A stretch of DNA of 61,583 bases, filler included. It is 5 parts of 5 records of this genome, joined end to end, with 100 filler letters (N's around TTAATTAATTAA, not from the genome) between each part and the next. Parts side by side here need not be neighbours in the genome. Positions count along the whole stretch, not along the records: positions 23,601 to 44,047 come from DRR378314_1265; 4 more parts are not named here. One strand, 5' to 3'. The position numbers and the translations under genes are program-made. Positions 32,623 through 41,758 of this stretch are shown piece after piece; position 1 is the stretch's first letter, and each line of letters opens with the position of its first letter. The notes beneath the pieces were generated by a model. It was not told the DNA's origin and made no database searches. It was given only the letters and a program-made list of their open reading frames with translations.

Positions 32623-35208
32623 TCAATCAACAATTGTCATTGTGTCAGCAGCAAACGGCAGTTTATTTAGTATCGCTTTAATGGTTAAACCTTCAGATTC
32701 AAGCTTTCTGGCTGCCTTGGCCCGCCAAACCAAATCGCCGCTCCCAGGAAATTCGCCCTTCAACTCACGTATAACACCTATTGCATTTTGGGCCCACAGC
32801 AAGAAGTCTGCCAATTCCCAATAAAGAACCTCGTCGAGGTGAGGATCGGCACCAGATTTTGCCTTCGTACAAGGAGTAATAAGAATAGGATACACATCCA
32901 TATCAGCCACCCCCGATAGATTTTTCTTCATCCATTTAGGGTGACCAGAAGCCTGTCTCGCCTTGACGGCCCCAAATATGGAGCCAACATCAGCTTCAGC
33001 GTGGGCTTCGAAAACCACACCTACTTGATTTCCTAACCACCATGGATCGGGTGCCGCATCTGTTTCCCGGTTACCCGAACTAAGTCCTAAGATATCGCCG
33101 AGCTGCATCAACGCCGATTCAAACTTGGTGAGATCCTGCATGCCTTGATGGATCTGAGCAGTGCGTTTATCAAATTTATTGTTGTTCACCGTCCCCAGTG
33201 ACGTAAACCTTTCTTCTAGGCCTTCAACCTGAAGCAAAGTTTCAGTGTCGCATCCAGCTTCAGCGGAGTTCTCGATACCATTGATTTGCCTAGATAGTGA
33301 GCTAAGCCAAGAGATTGCTGGAGCAGCTTTTTTGGCATTACTAAAATGCTCCTTCGCTGCAGAGTCATACGGATCACCAGGTGATACAGACAGTCGAAGA
33401 GCAACAGCACCTGCTAGATAGTGCCACATCGCTCGATACCCTCTAAGACTTTCATGATGCAGCCGCCCCAAAATCTCTCTTGCGGATGCGAGTGCGGAAT
33501 TATAATCTTTATTCCACATCGCCTCTTGATAAATTATCTCTCGATCAACGACGGCCTCCAGTTCAGCCATTGCTGGATACTCTTCCTGATTAAAACTTCC
33601 TATTGCGCTCCTTATTTCACCATCAGCATCAGACCAATCTTTTCCATTCTCAATAAACATCTCGAAATTTTCTAATATTCCCTCGGCGGAAATATCTTTG
33701 GATTGATCAACACCAAAATATAATTCGGCATGCAGCTCCGGAGGAAAATATCTCCAGTTCCTATCATCAGCAAGAAAATCCACTAGCTCAGTACCGGTAA
33801 CGAATACGGCCGAGCGATCCTGCAAAGACCTGGTACATCTTCCCATAGCTTGAAGAACTCGAGTCTGAACTCTATCGTTATATAAAGAGGAGGCGCCCAT
33901 CTTTGACATTAAAAATCGTTCTTGCAAGTTCATCGCTTTTGGGAGACCGTCTACACACAAAAGACGACATTCATCGCCGGGAAAATCTATTCCGTCATAA
34001 CGATTTGCCAAAACCGCCACCGCTTTTTGCTGATTAACAAACGGTGCTTTATTTTCCTCTATGTCATCTTTAGTGAAAACTTCAAAATCATCAAGATTAT
34101 CACTTATTAAACGACAGTGGTGATCTGCCTGAGGTGTGGAGGGCGTCAAAACTACCGAGCGTCCTGCTTTTTTCTGTGCATGCAGTCGAAGGTTGTCCGT
34201 CTCCTCGCCTGTTAAAGAAAGAGTTGGAAAAATAAAAAATCGACGTCCAACCCCCGAACTCTGAAAGCCGTCGGGGGCGGGTAGTCTTGCGACACTCTTC
34301 CGGCCTGTTAACCGCTCGAGGTCGCCGCCAATACCAAGAGTCGCCGACATAAAAATACGCTGGCTGGGTCTTGCAAATGGAGCATGTGTCCAAGTTGGTG
34401 GTATAACCGGTCGAATTAGAATACTTGTTGACCCAAGATATATGTGACAAGAGTCAATATGATCTCTGAGCAGAGACCACGCGAAATGAAGATTGGGCGA
34501 ACTCGAACTCGCATGAGCATCTATAAGCGAAACAATGTCATCCTGAAATTTTAAAACCAAAGGTGACGGAAGCTTTTCGACCCATGTTGCATCAGCCACC
34601 TCCATCCAATGTCCAGTTAACCTTGAATGTTCTTGTGGCGTAATATGAGACCTCAAAAACTCAGTGAACTCTGCATGGAGAGCTGTGCCTGAAAAGATTT
34701 CTAATGACCACATTTTGGCGATATAGTTTTCCGCCGCATGCGCGTCATCAACAATCACAAGATCAGCGTCATCAAAAAAAGGTCGTATGTTAAATAGCCC
34801 TGAATACGTGCTAACTGCAACCTTACTACCCGTTTTATAATCCGCACGGTCTGCTGGAGAGAATTCACTTTTCTGTCCTGATAGATCAACTACATCAATA
34901 CCATACTGTTCTCTTGCCTGAATAACTGTCTGCCTAACCAACTGTTTGGTCGGACACAAATATACAGATCGATCACCATTTTTTACTCGCCTCCAGTCGG
35001 CTATTAAAAGCCCAACAAGAGTCTTTCCGCTGCCAGTCGGCAATTGCAAAGCCACATCCGAGCTATCTTGGTAGTTGTCGGCGTACGCTTCTAGCATCTC
35101 CTTTTGATGTGGCATTACATCAGGATGTTGTCGCTTAGTTAGGCTTTTAAAGTGCACTGCCGGATTAGCTGATACTTTACTTTCAAATGTTTTTGATTTA
35201 AATGCCAT
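32623..35208 (-). CDS. SF2 (DinG-like) helicase with C-terminal PD-(D/E)xK-like domain; Hna-like anti-phage protein
   Basis: LPTGSGKT, DDAH, MSATLG, RYDGIDFP, QAMGRCTR; C-terminal APDPWW..VFEAH..ARQASGHPKW. Confidence 0.75.
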   Translation of the reverse strand: MAFKSKTFESKVSANPAVHFKSLTKRQHPDVMPHQKEMLEAYADNYQDSSDVALQLPTGSGKTLVGLLIADWRRVKNGDRSVYLCPTKQLVRQTVIQAREQYGIDVVDLSGQKSEFSPADRADYKTGSKVAVSTYSGLFNIRPFFDDADLVIVDDAHAAENYIAKMWSLEIFSGTALHAEFTEFLRSHITPQEHSRLTGHWMEVADATWVEKLPSPLVLKFQDDIVSLIDAHASSSSPNLHFAWSLLRDHIDSCHIYLGSTSILIRPVIPPTWTHAPFARPSQRIFMSATLGIGGDLERLTGRKSVARLPAPDGFQSSGVGRRFFIFPTLSLTGEETDNLRLHAQKKAGRSVVLTPSTPQADHHCRLISDNLDDFEVFTKDDIEENKAPFVNQQKAVAVLANRYDGIDFPGDECRLLCVDGLPKAMNLQERFLMSKMGASSLYNDRVQTRVLQAMGRCTRSLQDRSAVFVTGTELVDFLADDRNWRYFPPELHAELYFGVDQSKDISAEGILENFEMFIENGKDWSDADGEIRSAIGSFNQEEYPAMAELEAVVDREIIYQEAMWNKDYNSALASAREILGRLHHESLRGYRAMWHYLAGAVALRLSVSPGDPYDSAAKEHFSNAKKAAPAISWLSSLSRQINGIENSAEAGCDTETLLQVEGLEERFTSLGTVNNNKFDKRTAQIHQGMQDLTKFESALMQLGDILGLSSGNRETDAAPDPWWLGNQVGVVFEAHAEADVGSIFGAVKARQASGHPKWMKKNLSGVADMDVYPILITPCTKAKSGADPHLDEVLYWELADFLLWAQNAIGVIRELKGEFPGSGDLVWRAKAARKLESEGLTIKAILNKLPFAADTMTIVD

Positions 35209-35542
35209 AAATATTCTATTCCGTACTGAAAAACCCTATTTCTGGTCAAAGAAGCATCGGAACACGCAATCAATGCTGCTCCCGATCAGCGCCGTTCGCC
35301 GGGCGTCATGCCGCGAATGGTGCTCAGGCTTGGAATCACCGTGGCCATTAGGGTCAGCCCCGGCGGGCAACGGCTTCGCGGGTGGTTGTTTCAGAGCCCA
35401 TAGCGGGCCGGCGGGTGCGCTCGCGGACAGACATCCCTTTCCCCCTGAATCATTGTTTTCTTCGCCTTGCCTCTCCGGGCCGGCGGTTATTATTTTGTGA
35501 TGCAGGTCCGAAATTACACCATCTTGTGGCGCAAATAAAAGC

Positions 35543-35576
35543 AAAAAAGCCCGGGGACATTGCCGCCGGGCTTTGC
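35543..35576 (-). terminator. Terminator after SRPBCC gene
   Basis: AAAAAAGCCCGG...CCGGGCTTT. Confidence 0.7.
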
Positions 35577-35597
35577 AGGTAATCCGACAATCGCGCG

Positions 35598-36050
35598 TTA
35601 TCCCTCGTCCGGAATCTCCGGATCCACCAACTGCGCAAGCTGGATCAGCGACTCCTGCCAGCCCTGGTAACACATCTCCGCCGGGATCACGTCGGGCACG
35701 CCCTCCTGGACGATGTGCAGCTCGGTGCCGCCGAGCACGGCTTTCAGGGTGACGGTGACCTGCATCTCTCCGGGGAGGTTGGGGTCGTCGAACTGGTCGG
35801 TGTAGCGGATGCGTTCGTTGGGCTTGAGCTCCACGTAGGTGCCGCCGAAGGTGTGGCGGCTGCCGGTGGTGAAGTTGGTGAAGGACATGCGGTAGCCGCC
35901 GCCTTCGCGGACGTCGCTTTCGTGCATGGTGGCGGTGAAGCCGAAGGGCGGCAGCCATTTGACCATGGCGTCGGGGTCGGTGAAGGCGCGGTAGAGGCGG
36001 TCCGGGGTCCCGCGCAGGACGCGGTGCAGGCGGATGGTTTGGCCGGTCAT
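35598..36050 (-). CDS. SRPBCC/AHSA1 family protein
   Basis: LHRVLR..LYRAFTDPDAMVKWLPP, GGGYRMSFTNF, CYQGWQESL. Confidence 0.9.
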   Translation of the reverse strand: MTGQTIRLHRVLRGTPDRLYRAFTDPDAMVKWLPPFGFTATMHESDVREGGGYRMSFTNFTTGSRHTFGGTYVELKPNERIRYTDQFDDPNLPGEMQVTVTLKAVLGGTELHIVQEGVPDVIPAEMCYQGWQESLIQLAQLVDPEIPDEG

Positions 36051-36113
36051 GGGAGTCTCCTTTTGGTTTGGATATCCCATGGTCGAACCCTGGATAGGGA
36101 TTTCGACACCGGA

Positions 36114-36145
36114 CATTCAGGGCGCGCTCCGGCGCGCCCTGAATG
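36114..36145. terminator. Perfect 14-bp stem-loop after the lipoprotein gene
   Basis: CATTCAGGGCGCGC-TCCG-GCGCGCCCTGAATG. Confidence 0.6.
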
Positions 36146-36147
36146 CT

Positions 36148-37416
36148 TTAAAGCACGGGTATTAAGGTTTGCGTGGTGCCGCTGCGGCCTTCGTGAATAT
36201 GCTCCCAAGTCGCATCCACTTTGGGTTCCGCGTCGCTCAGGTCGATGGTGGCGTCGACCAGATAGCCGGCCATCGACATGCCCATCAGGCGGATCGTGTT
36301 ATCGCCCGTGCTGACCACTTCGGCGATAACAATGTCTGCGTACTCGACGTCGTTCTCAAGCTGCTGAGAAGGCGGCCCTCCTTCAAAAGAACCGAACGGC
36401 GCGCCGTCCAGCCCGCCGCCCGCTGCGGTGTGGATCACGAAAGGAGCGTCGCTGCCCTCGCCGATGCCGATGGCCAGCGGCAGCAGATCCGCGAATTCCT
36501 GGACCAGGTCCAGGTCATAGAGCGGATCAAAGGTCAGGCGGCGGGAGGCTTCGAAACGCGGGTAGTCCTCGCCCGCCGGCTGACCGGATGCCTGCCCTTT
36601 CGCGATGGTGGCATCGATAAAGTAGGTGGCCCCGCTGCTGCCATCGATCTTGAAATCCTCGCCGGTGCCGACGGTGCTCAGCCAGTCCATTCCTTCTTCG
36701 AAGCCGGTGGCCGTGTAGCGCCCATCGACGGCCCGATTGCTGCCGTAGACGGCGCCTGCCCGGGTGACCAGGAAGGTCATACCGTTCATCGTGTCGGGCG
36801 TGTGGCGGACGGTACCGCGATACAGCCCGGCGTTGCTCAGGTGCAGGGCCATGACCACGTGATCTTGGGCGTCTATCACCGGGACCAGCGGATAGGGCCC
36901 ACCGGGCAAATCGGCGGTGAGCATGTCCAGCGCGGAGGCGATGGCGGTTTCAAAGGCCACCGGATCCAGGCTGAAATCGATGGCCAGGCCCAGGTCCAGG
37001 TGCGACGCGGGATCGATCTGAATGCCGTTGGCCAGGTCCTGGTCGGCGTCCAGGCTGATCAGGAAGCGGCTGATATTGATCACGGTGTTGTCGTTTTCGT
37101 CGGCGCCGTCGCCGGCCAGGTCCGCCGGGGTGATGAACACCGTATTGCCGTTCACCACGGCCTCGCCCAGTTCAATATCGCCGATCAGAAAGCGTGCGGT
37201 GGCGCCGTCCGGGCAGCGCAGCACGCCCTGTTCGCCGGTGGTTTTGGTGCTTGAAGAGCCGCAGGTGTAGTGCAGGCCGGTGACGGCGTTGTCCACGAAG
37301 TGCGCGGTGCGTGTGGCGGTACCGCCGCCGCCGCTGCTGGAGCTGCTTGATCCGCCACAACCGGTGATGGCCAGGATCGCGACGGCAGCCGCCCCGGCGA
37401 GAAAGGTCTTATCCAT
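36148..37416 (-). CDS. Acidic surface lipoprotein (adhesin-like), hypothetical
   Basis: Lipobox ITGC, Ser/Gly linker, FVDNAVTGLHY, NISRFLISLDADQDLANGIQI. Confidence 0.8.
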   Translation of the reverse strand: MDKTFLAGAAAVAILAITGCGGSSSSSSGGGGTATRTAHFVDNAVTGLHYTCGSSSTKTTGEQGVLRCPDGATARFLIGDIELGEAVVNGNTVFITPADLAGDGADENDNTVINISRFLISLDADQDLANGIQIDPASHLDLGLAIDFSLDPVAFETAIASALDMLTADLPGGPYPLVPVIDAQDHVVMALHLSNAGLYRGTVRHTPDTMNGMTFLVTRAGAVYGSNRAVDGRYTATGFEEGMDWLSTVGTGEDFKIDGSSGATYFIDATIAKGQASGQPAGEDYPRFEASRRLTFDPLYDLDLVQEFADLLPLAIGIGEGSDAPFVIHTAAGGGLDGAPFGSFEGGPPSQQLENDVEYADIVIAEVVSTGDNTIRLMGMSMAGYLVDATIDLSDAEPKVDATWEHIHEGRSGTTQTLIPVL

Positions 37417-37634
37417 GTTATCCCCCAAATTCCATGTCAGCGCGCCCTTGCTGTTATGCGGTCCTGGGCACGTCGTTGCATAAGTCTAGGGAAGGCCCAC
37501 GGGAATGCTGTGACCCAAAACACACTCCGCTTACCCCATATGGGGTATGCGCGCCCTGCTCCGCCCTGGCTACTCTTGCCCGCATGGGGACGCCGGTGTC
37601 TGTCACCGGCGCATACAACAAGACGGAGCAGGAC

Positions 37635-38270
37635 ATGAAGAGACGTCATCTGATGGCGGGCCTGGGGGCCCTGATGGTGATGGGGGGATGCACGCCGTCC
37701 TCGCAGGTGGATAACGTGGCCGGCCAGGCCTCGGTGTACGAGGACCCGTCGTCCTCGGGCCGCGTTCAAGGGGTCGGCATCGAGTCCCAGGACGTGGTGG
37801 CGATGACCGACGAGATGATGCGGGACATGCTCTCCAACCGCATTCTGGCGGCGCGGGACGTGCCGCCGCGGATCATCATCGACAACGAATACTTCAAGAA
37901 CGAAAGCTCTTCGATCATCAACACCAACCTGCTCACCGACCGTCTGCGCGTGGAGCTCAACCGCGCCGCCAACGGCCGGATGGTCTTTGTGGGCCGCCAC
38001 TTCGCGGACATGGTGGAGAAAGAGCGCGAGCTCAAGCGCGACGGCGCCGTGGACGGCGGCACCATCCGCCAGACGCAGGCCACCGCCGGCGGTGATTACC
38101 GGCTGGGCGGGCGCATCGCCTCGCTGGACGCCATGGACCGCAACAGCCAGACGCGCTCGCGCTACCACCAGGTGACGTTCGAGATGATCGACCTGGAGCT
38201 GGGCACCATTGTCTGGAGCGGCTCTTATGAGATGAAGAAGGCGAGCCAGGACAATGTGCTTTATCGCTAA
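37635..38270 (+). CDS. LpoB-like lipoprotein
   Basis: Lipobox MGGC; ESQD..M..DML, FKNESS, GDYRLGGRIASL, FEMIDLELGTIVWS. Confidence 0.75.
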   Translation: MKRRHLMAGLGALMVMGGCTPSSQVDNVAGQASVYEDPSSSGRVQGVGIESQDVVAMTDEMMRDMLSNRILAARDVPPRIIIDNEYFKNESSSIINTNLLTDRLRVELNRAANGRMVFVGRHFADMVEKERELKRDGAVDGGTIRQTQATAGGDYRLGGRIASLDAMDRNSQTRSRYHQVTFEMIDLELGTIVWSGSYEMKKASQDNVLYR

Positions 38271-39489
38271 GGCCGGGGCGCCGCTGGCCGCCGCCTTGCT
38301 GCTCGCCGGTTGCGCCACCGGGCCCACCCAATACGAAACCCGCGCCCTGGACCCGGACCAGCAGGCGGTGGTGGCGAGCAAGCCCGCCGCCCTGCAGCCG
38401 CTCTACCAGGACCTGTTCGAGGAAGGCCGCCGCAACGAGGTGCTCAACCTGATGGAGATCGGCGCCGCCGCCTTCCACCGGGGGCACTACGACCTGTCCA
38501 AGGCGGCGCTGGACCGGGCCATCGCCAATATCGAAAGCGTCTACGCCGACAACGAGGCGGCCCACCGGGCACGCAGCCTGTGGTACGAGGAAGGCGAGAA
38601 GGACTTCAAGGGCGAGCCCTATGAACGCTCCATGGTGTTCTATTACCGGGGCCTGCTGTTCCTGCGCGACGGCGATTACGGCAACGCCCGCGCCAGCTTT
38701 ATCAGCGGGCTGCTGCAGGACGCCTTCGCCGAGGAGGAGCAGAACACCACGGATTTCGCCTCGCTGATCTATCTGGCGGGCTGGTCCGCCAAGCTGGCCG
38801 GCAGTAACACCCTGGCCGAGCAGCACTTCGAGGAGTACCGGCAGTTCCGTCCGGACGGCCCGGTGCCCGCCGCCGACCACAACACCCTGGTGATCGCCGA
38901 AACCGGCACCGCGCCGCGCAAGCTGGCCGACGGCGTCGGCCATTACGAGCTGGTTTACCGGCGCGGCAAGCGGATCCGCGCCCAGGGGGCGGAGCTTATG
39001 CACGGTGGTGACAGCGTCGCCCTGTTCCCGGTAGAGGACGTGTTCTTCCAGGCCTCCACACGGGGCGGGCGCACCGTGGACCGCATTATCGAAGGCAAGG
39101 TGCAGTTCAAGAAGAACACCCAGGCCACCGGCGACGTGCTCACCGCGGCCAGCGGCAACAGCGCCGTGGCCGGCCTGAGCATGGCCGCCGGCGGCGGTCT
39201 GGCGGCGGGCTTTCATACCGTGACCGCCATCGGCGTGGCCGCCCAGGGTTTGTCCGCGCGTTCGCGCACCGAGGCGGACACCCGCTACTGGCAGCGCCTG
39301 CCGGACGGCCTGCATGTCACCACCCTGCGTCTGGCGCCCGGCGCCGGGCCGCTGGAAGTCCGTTTCCTGGACGCGACCTCGCAACCGCTGCCGGACGGCA
39401 CCGAGACCGTGCCCGTGCATTTCGATGACCGGGGCAACGGCCTCGCCTTCGCCAGCAGCCGCCCCACAGAAGAAGGAAAGCCACTATGA
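38254..39489 (+). CDS. COG3014-like TPR lipoprotein
   Basis: Lipobox LAGC; FKGEPYERSM..GDYGNAR; EADTRYWQRLP. Confidence 0.7.
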   Translation: MCFIAKAGAPLAAALLLAGCATGPTQYETRALDPDQQAVVASKPAALQPLYQDLFEEGRRNEVLNLMEIGAAAFHRGHYDLSKAALDRAIANIESVYADNEAAHRARSLWYEEGEKDFKGEPYERSMVFYYRGLLFLRDGDYGNARASFISGLLQDAFAEEEQNTTDFASLIYLAGWSAKLAGSNTLAEQHFEEYRQFRPDGPVPAADHNTLVIAETGTAPRKLADGVGHYELVYRRGKRIRAQGAELMHGGDSVALFPVEDVFFQASTRGGRTVDRIIEGKVQFKKNTQATGDVLTAASGNSAVAGLSMAAGGGLAAGFHTVTAIGVAAQGLSARSRTEADTRYWQRLPDGLHVTTLRLAPGAGPLEVRFLDATSQPLPDGTETVPVHFDDRGNGLAFASSRPTEEGKPL

Positions 39490-39932
39490 AAACCCTGATC
39501 GTCAGCGCGCTGCTGGCCGCCGGCCTGGTCGTCACCGGCTGCCAGAGCAGCATGAGCAAGGAAGAGTTTCAGCAGCGTACCGAAGACACCGGCTACAACA
39601 CCGTGATCTTCACCGACTACGACCTCAACCGGCGCTTCAAGGACGGCCTCACCGGGCCGGACAACGTGATGCGCCTGTCCACCACCGGCCACGGCATCGA
39701 GCGCACCGACACCGGCACCTCCCAGGTGTGGGTGGAGCTGCGCAACCACACCGACTTCAACTACATGGTGGAAGCGCGCACCTCGTTCTACTCGCAAAGC
39801 GGCCGCCCCCTGGACGCCCGCCCGGTGTGGCGGCGCATCTCGGTGCCGGCCAACGCCCGCGCCGTGTACGAAGAAAAATCGGTCAGCACCGACCGGCTTC
39901 AATACCGCGTGGAAGTGAGGCAAGCACGATGA
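39486..39932 (+). CDS. YcfL/DUF1425-like lipoprotein
   Basis: Lipobox VTGC; VELRNHTD..FY..GRPLD..WRRISVP. Confidence 0.65.
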   Translation: MKTLIVSALLAAGLVVTGCQSSMSKEEFQQRTEDTGYNTVIFTDYDLNRRFKDGLTGPDNVMRLSTTGHGIERTDTGTSQVWVELRNHTDFNYMVEARTSFYSQSGRPLDARPVWRRISVPANARAVYEEKSVSTDRLQYRVEVRQAR

Positions 39933-40774
39933 ACCGACAACGGCTGATCCGCTTCGCGGCCCTGGGGGCGGCGTTAGCGCTGGCCGGCACCGCCGGCGCC
40001 CAGACCGATCACTCCCCGGCGCCGATGATGGCCCCGGCCAAGGCCCCGCTCAGCGAAGAGGCTTACCGGGAACAGCAGGCCCCGGGCGGCCGCCGGGACG
40101 ACGCCGACACCATCACCGCCCGCTTCCGCGAGCGCTTCAGCGGCGACGGCGAAGCGCGCATCGCGGTGCTGTGGAACGAGGCGCTGTCCAGCCGGGTGAG
40201 CGACTGGCAAAGCCGGCAACGGGCCACCGTGGGCGTGCGCGGCGAATTCGAAGCGAGCGGCCCGGACGGCGACAGCCAGGGCAACGCCCAGGGCCAGGCC
40301 ACCGCCCAGAACGAATACCGCGACGGCGAACGCCCCACGGATAACCGCGCCGCCCACGAGCTGCAGTCCGGGCTGATCACCACCTTCCGCAGCGCCGGCG
40401 CCAGCGTGGTGGACCGCGCCCTGGCCGCGCGGCTCACCGACAACGCTCTGGAAGACGGCAGCTTCTCAAGGCTGTCGCCGGACAACGCCCGCCTGCGCAT
40501 GCGCGCGCTGGCGGAGCACGCCGACTTCGTCATGGAGCTCACCGCCGGTCCCTCTTTCGAGGACCAGCCGGTCTACCAGGTGCGGGTGCTGTCCACCCGC
40601 GACGCCTCGGTACTGGCGGTGTTCACCAGCACCGGCCGGCGCGACAACGACGAAGACCCGCCCTACCAGTGGGTGGCCACGGATCGGGGCTATCAGAAAC
40701 GGGTACAGCCGGTGTCCCTGGCCGAAACCGGCCGGGAACTGGCGCTGCAGACCATGGCGCGCATGGCGCCGTAA
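39929..40774 (+). CDS. Exported hypothetical protein, CsgG/LpoB-like fold suspected
   Basis: Signal peptide AGA-Q; RIAVLWN, GASVVDR, ADFVME; ATGA overlap with upstream gene. Confidence 0.65.
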   Translation: MNRQRLIRFAALGAALALAGTAGAQTDHSPAPMMAPAKAPLSEEAYREQQAPGGRRDDADTITARFRERFSGDGEARIAVLWNEALSSRVSDWQSRQRATVGVRGEFEASGPDGDSQGNAQGQATAQNEYRDGERPTDNRAAHELQSGLITTFRSAGASVVDRALAARLTDNALEDGSFSRLSPDNARLRMRALAEHADFVMELTAGPSFEDQPVYQVRVLSTRDASVLAVFTSTGRRDNDEDPPYQWVATDRGYQKRVQPVSLAETGRELALQTMARMAP

Positions 40775-40804
40775 CAACATCAATCAAGCAGTAGGGGAAC
40801 GACG

Positions 40805-41731
40805 ATGACTTTTTCCATAACTCACGCAACGCGGTATGTCCTGCTGGCGGCGGCGCTGGCAACCCTGGGGGGCTGCGCCACGCCGCAACAGCAGGCCCAG
40901 ATGCAGGCCTGGCAACAGATACAGGCGCAACAACAGGCGCTGGCGCAGGAGTCCGGCAAGATCGGCGCGGTGTTGGCGAGCGACGCGCAGGGCCGCGTCG
41001 TGATCGGTACCCTGGTGCCCGGCGCACCTTCGGACCAAAGCGGCGAGGTGCACACCGGCGACCAGCTTCTGGCGGTGGCCGAAGGCGACGGCGAACCACA
41101 AAGCGTGGGCGGCAAATCGATGCTGGAAGTGCGCCTGATGGTCCAGGGCGAGCCGAATACGCCGGTCAGCCTGGTGCTGGCCGGCCAGGACGGCGGCGAC
41201 GATCGCACGGTGACCCTGACCCGCGCGGAGATTACCCCGCAGCAGCAGCAAGCCCTGGAAGAGGTACTGCAGGCCGAAGCGCAGGCTCGGGTCGAAGGGC
41301 TGGCGATTGAGGACAACTCCGGTGAATACCTCAGCCCCTACACCAGCGACGGCGTCACCGCCGAGTGGGTGAACAAGGCGATCAACGCGAAGATGGGCTC
41401 GGCGGCGGGCTCCGCGGTGGGCGCGGCGGCCGGTGCCTACGCCGGACGCAAAGCCCTGGAGAGCGTGCCCGGCGGCAGCCTGATCGGCAGCTTCTTCGGC
41501 GGCATGGCCGGTTCCAAGGCGGGCCAGAACGTGGGCCGCGACGCCGCCATCCAGGCCTCCGGCGGCTGGGAGTACATCCGCGAGACGTCGGATCTGTCGT
41601 TCCGCTCACTCAACGACATGGCCCGTTGGATGACCACGGTGCACGGCCAGAAGAGCAACTTCCAGGAAGTGCTCAACGCCACCCTGCAGGTCTACCCGGA
41701 GCTTCAGCCGGCGCTGGCCAGCGCCCGCTAA
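40805..41731 (+). CDS. Lipoprotein with PDZ domain and glycine-zipper region
   Basis: Lipobox LGGC; GKIGAVL..LVPGAPS..GDQLLAV..GEPNTPVSL; GSAAGSAVGAAAGAYAG. Confidence 0.75.
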   Translation: MTFSITHATRYVLLAAALATLGGCATPQQQAQMQAWQQIQAQQQALAQESGKIGAVLASDAQGRVVIGTLVPGAPSDQSGEVHTGDQLLAVAEGDGEPQSVGGKSMLEVRLMVQGEPNTPVSLVLAGQDGGDDRTVTLTRAEITPQQQQALEEVLQAEAQARVEGLAIEDNSGEYLSPYTSDGVTAEWVNKAINAKMGSAAGSAVGAAAGAYAGRKALESVPGGSLIGSFFGGMAGSKAGQNVGRDAAIQASGGWEYIRETSDLSFRSLNDMARWMTTVHGQKSNFQEVLNATLQVYPELQPALASAR

Positions 41732-41758
41732 ACCCCCTGGGGCAACGGCCGGTCGTGA

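Larger units (their letters stand above)
29900..35230. other. AT-rich inserted island (putative anti-phage defence cluster); no integrase seen
   Basis: Abrupt composition and codon-usage change versus GC-rich flanks; HEPN and helicase-nuclease genes. Confidence 0.75.
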
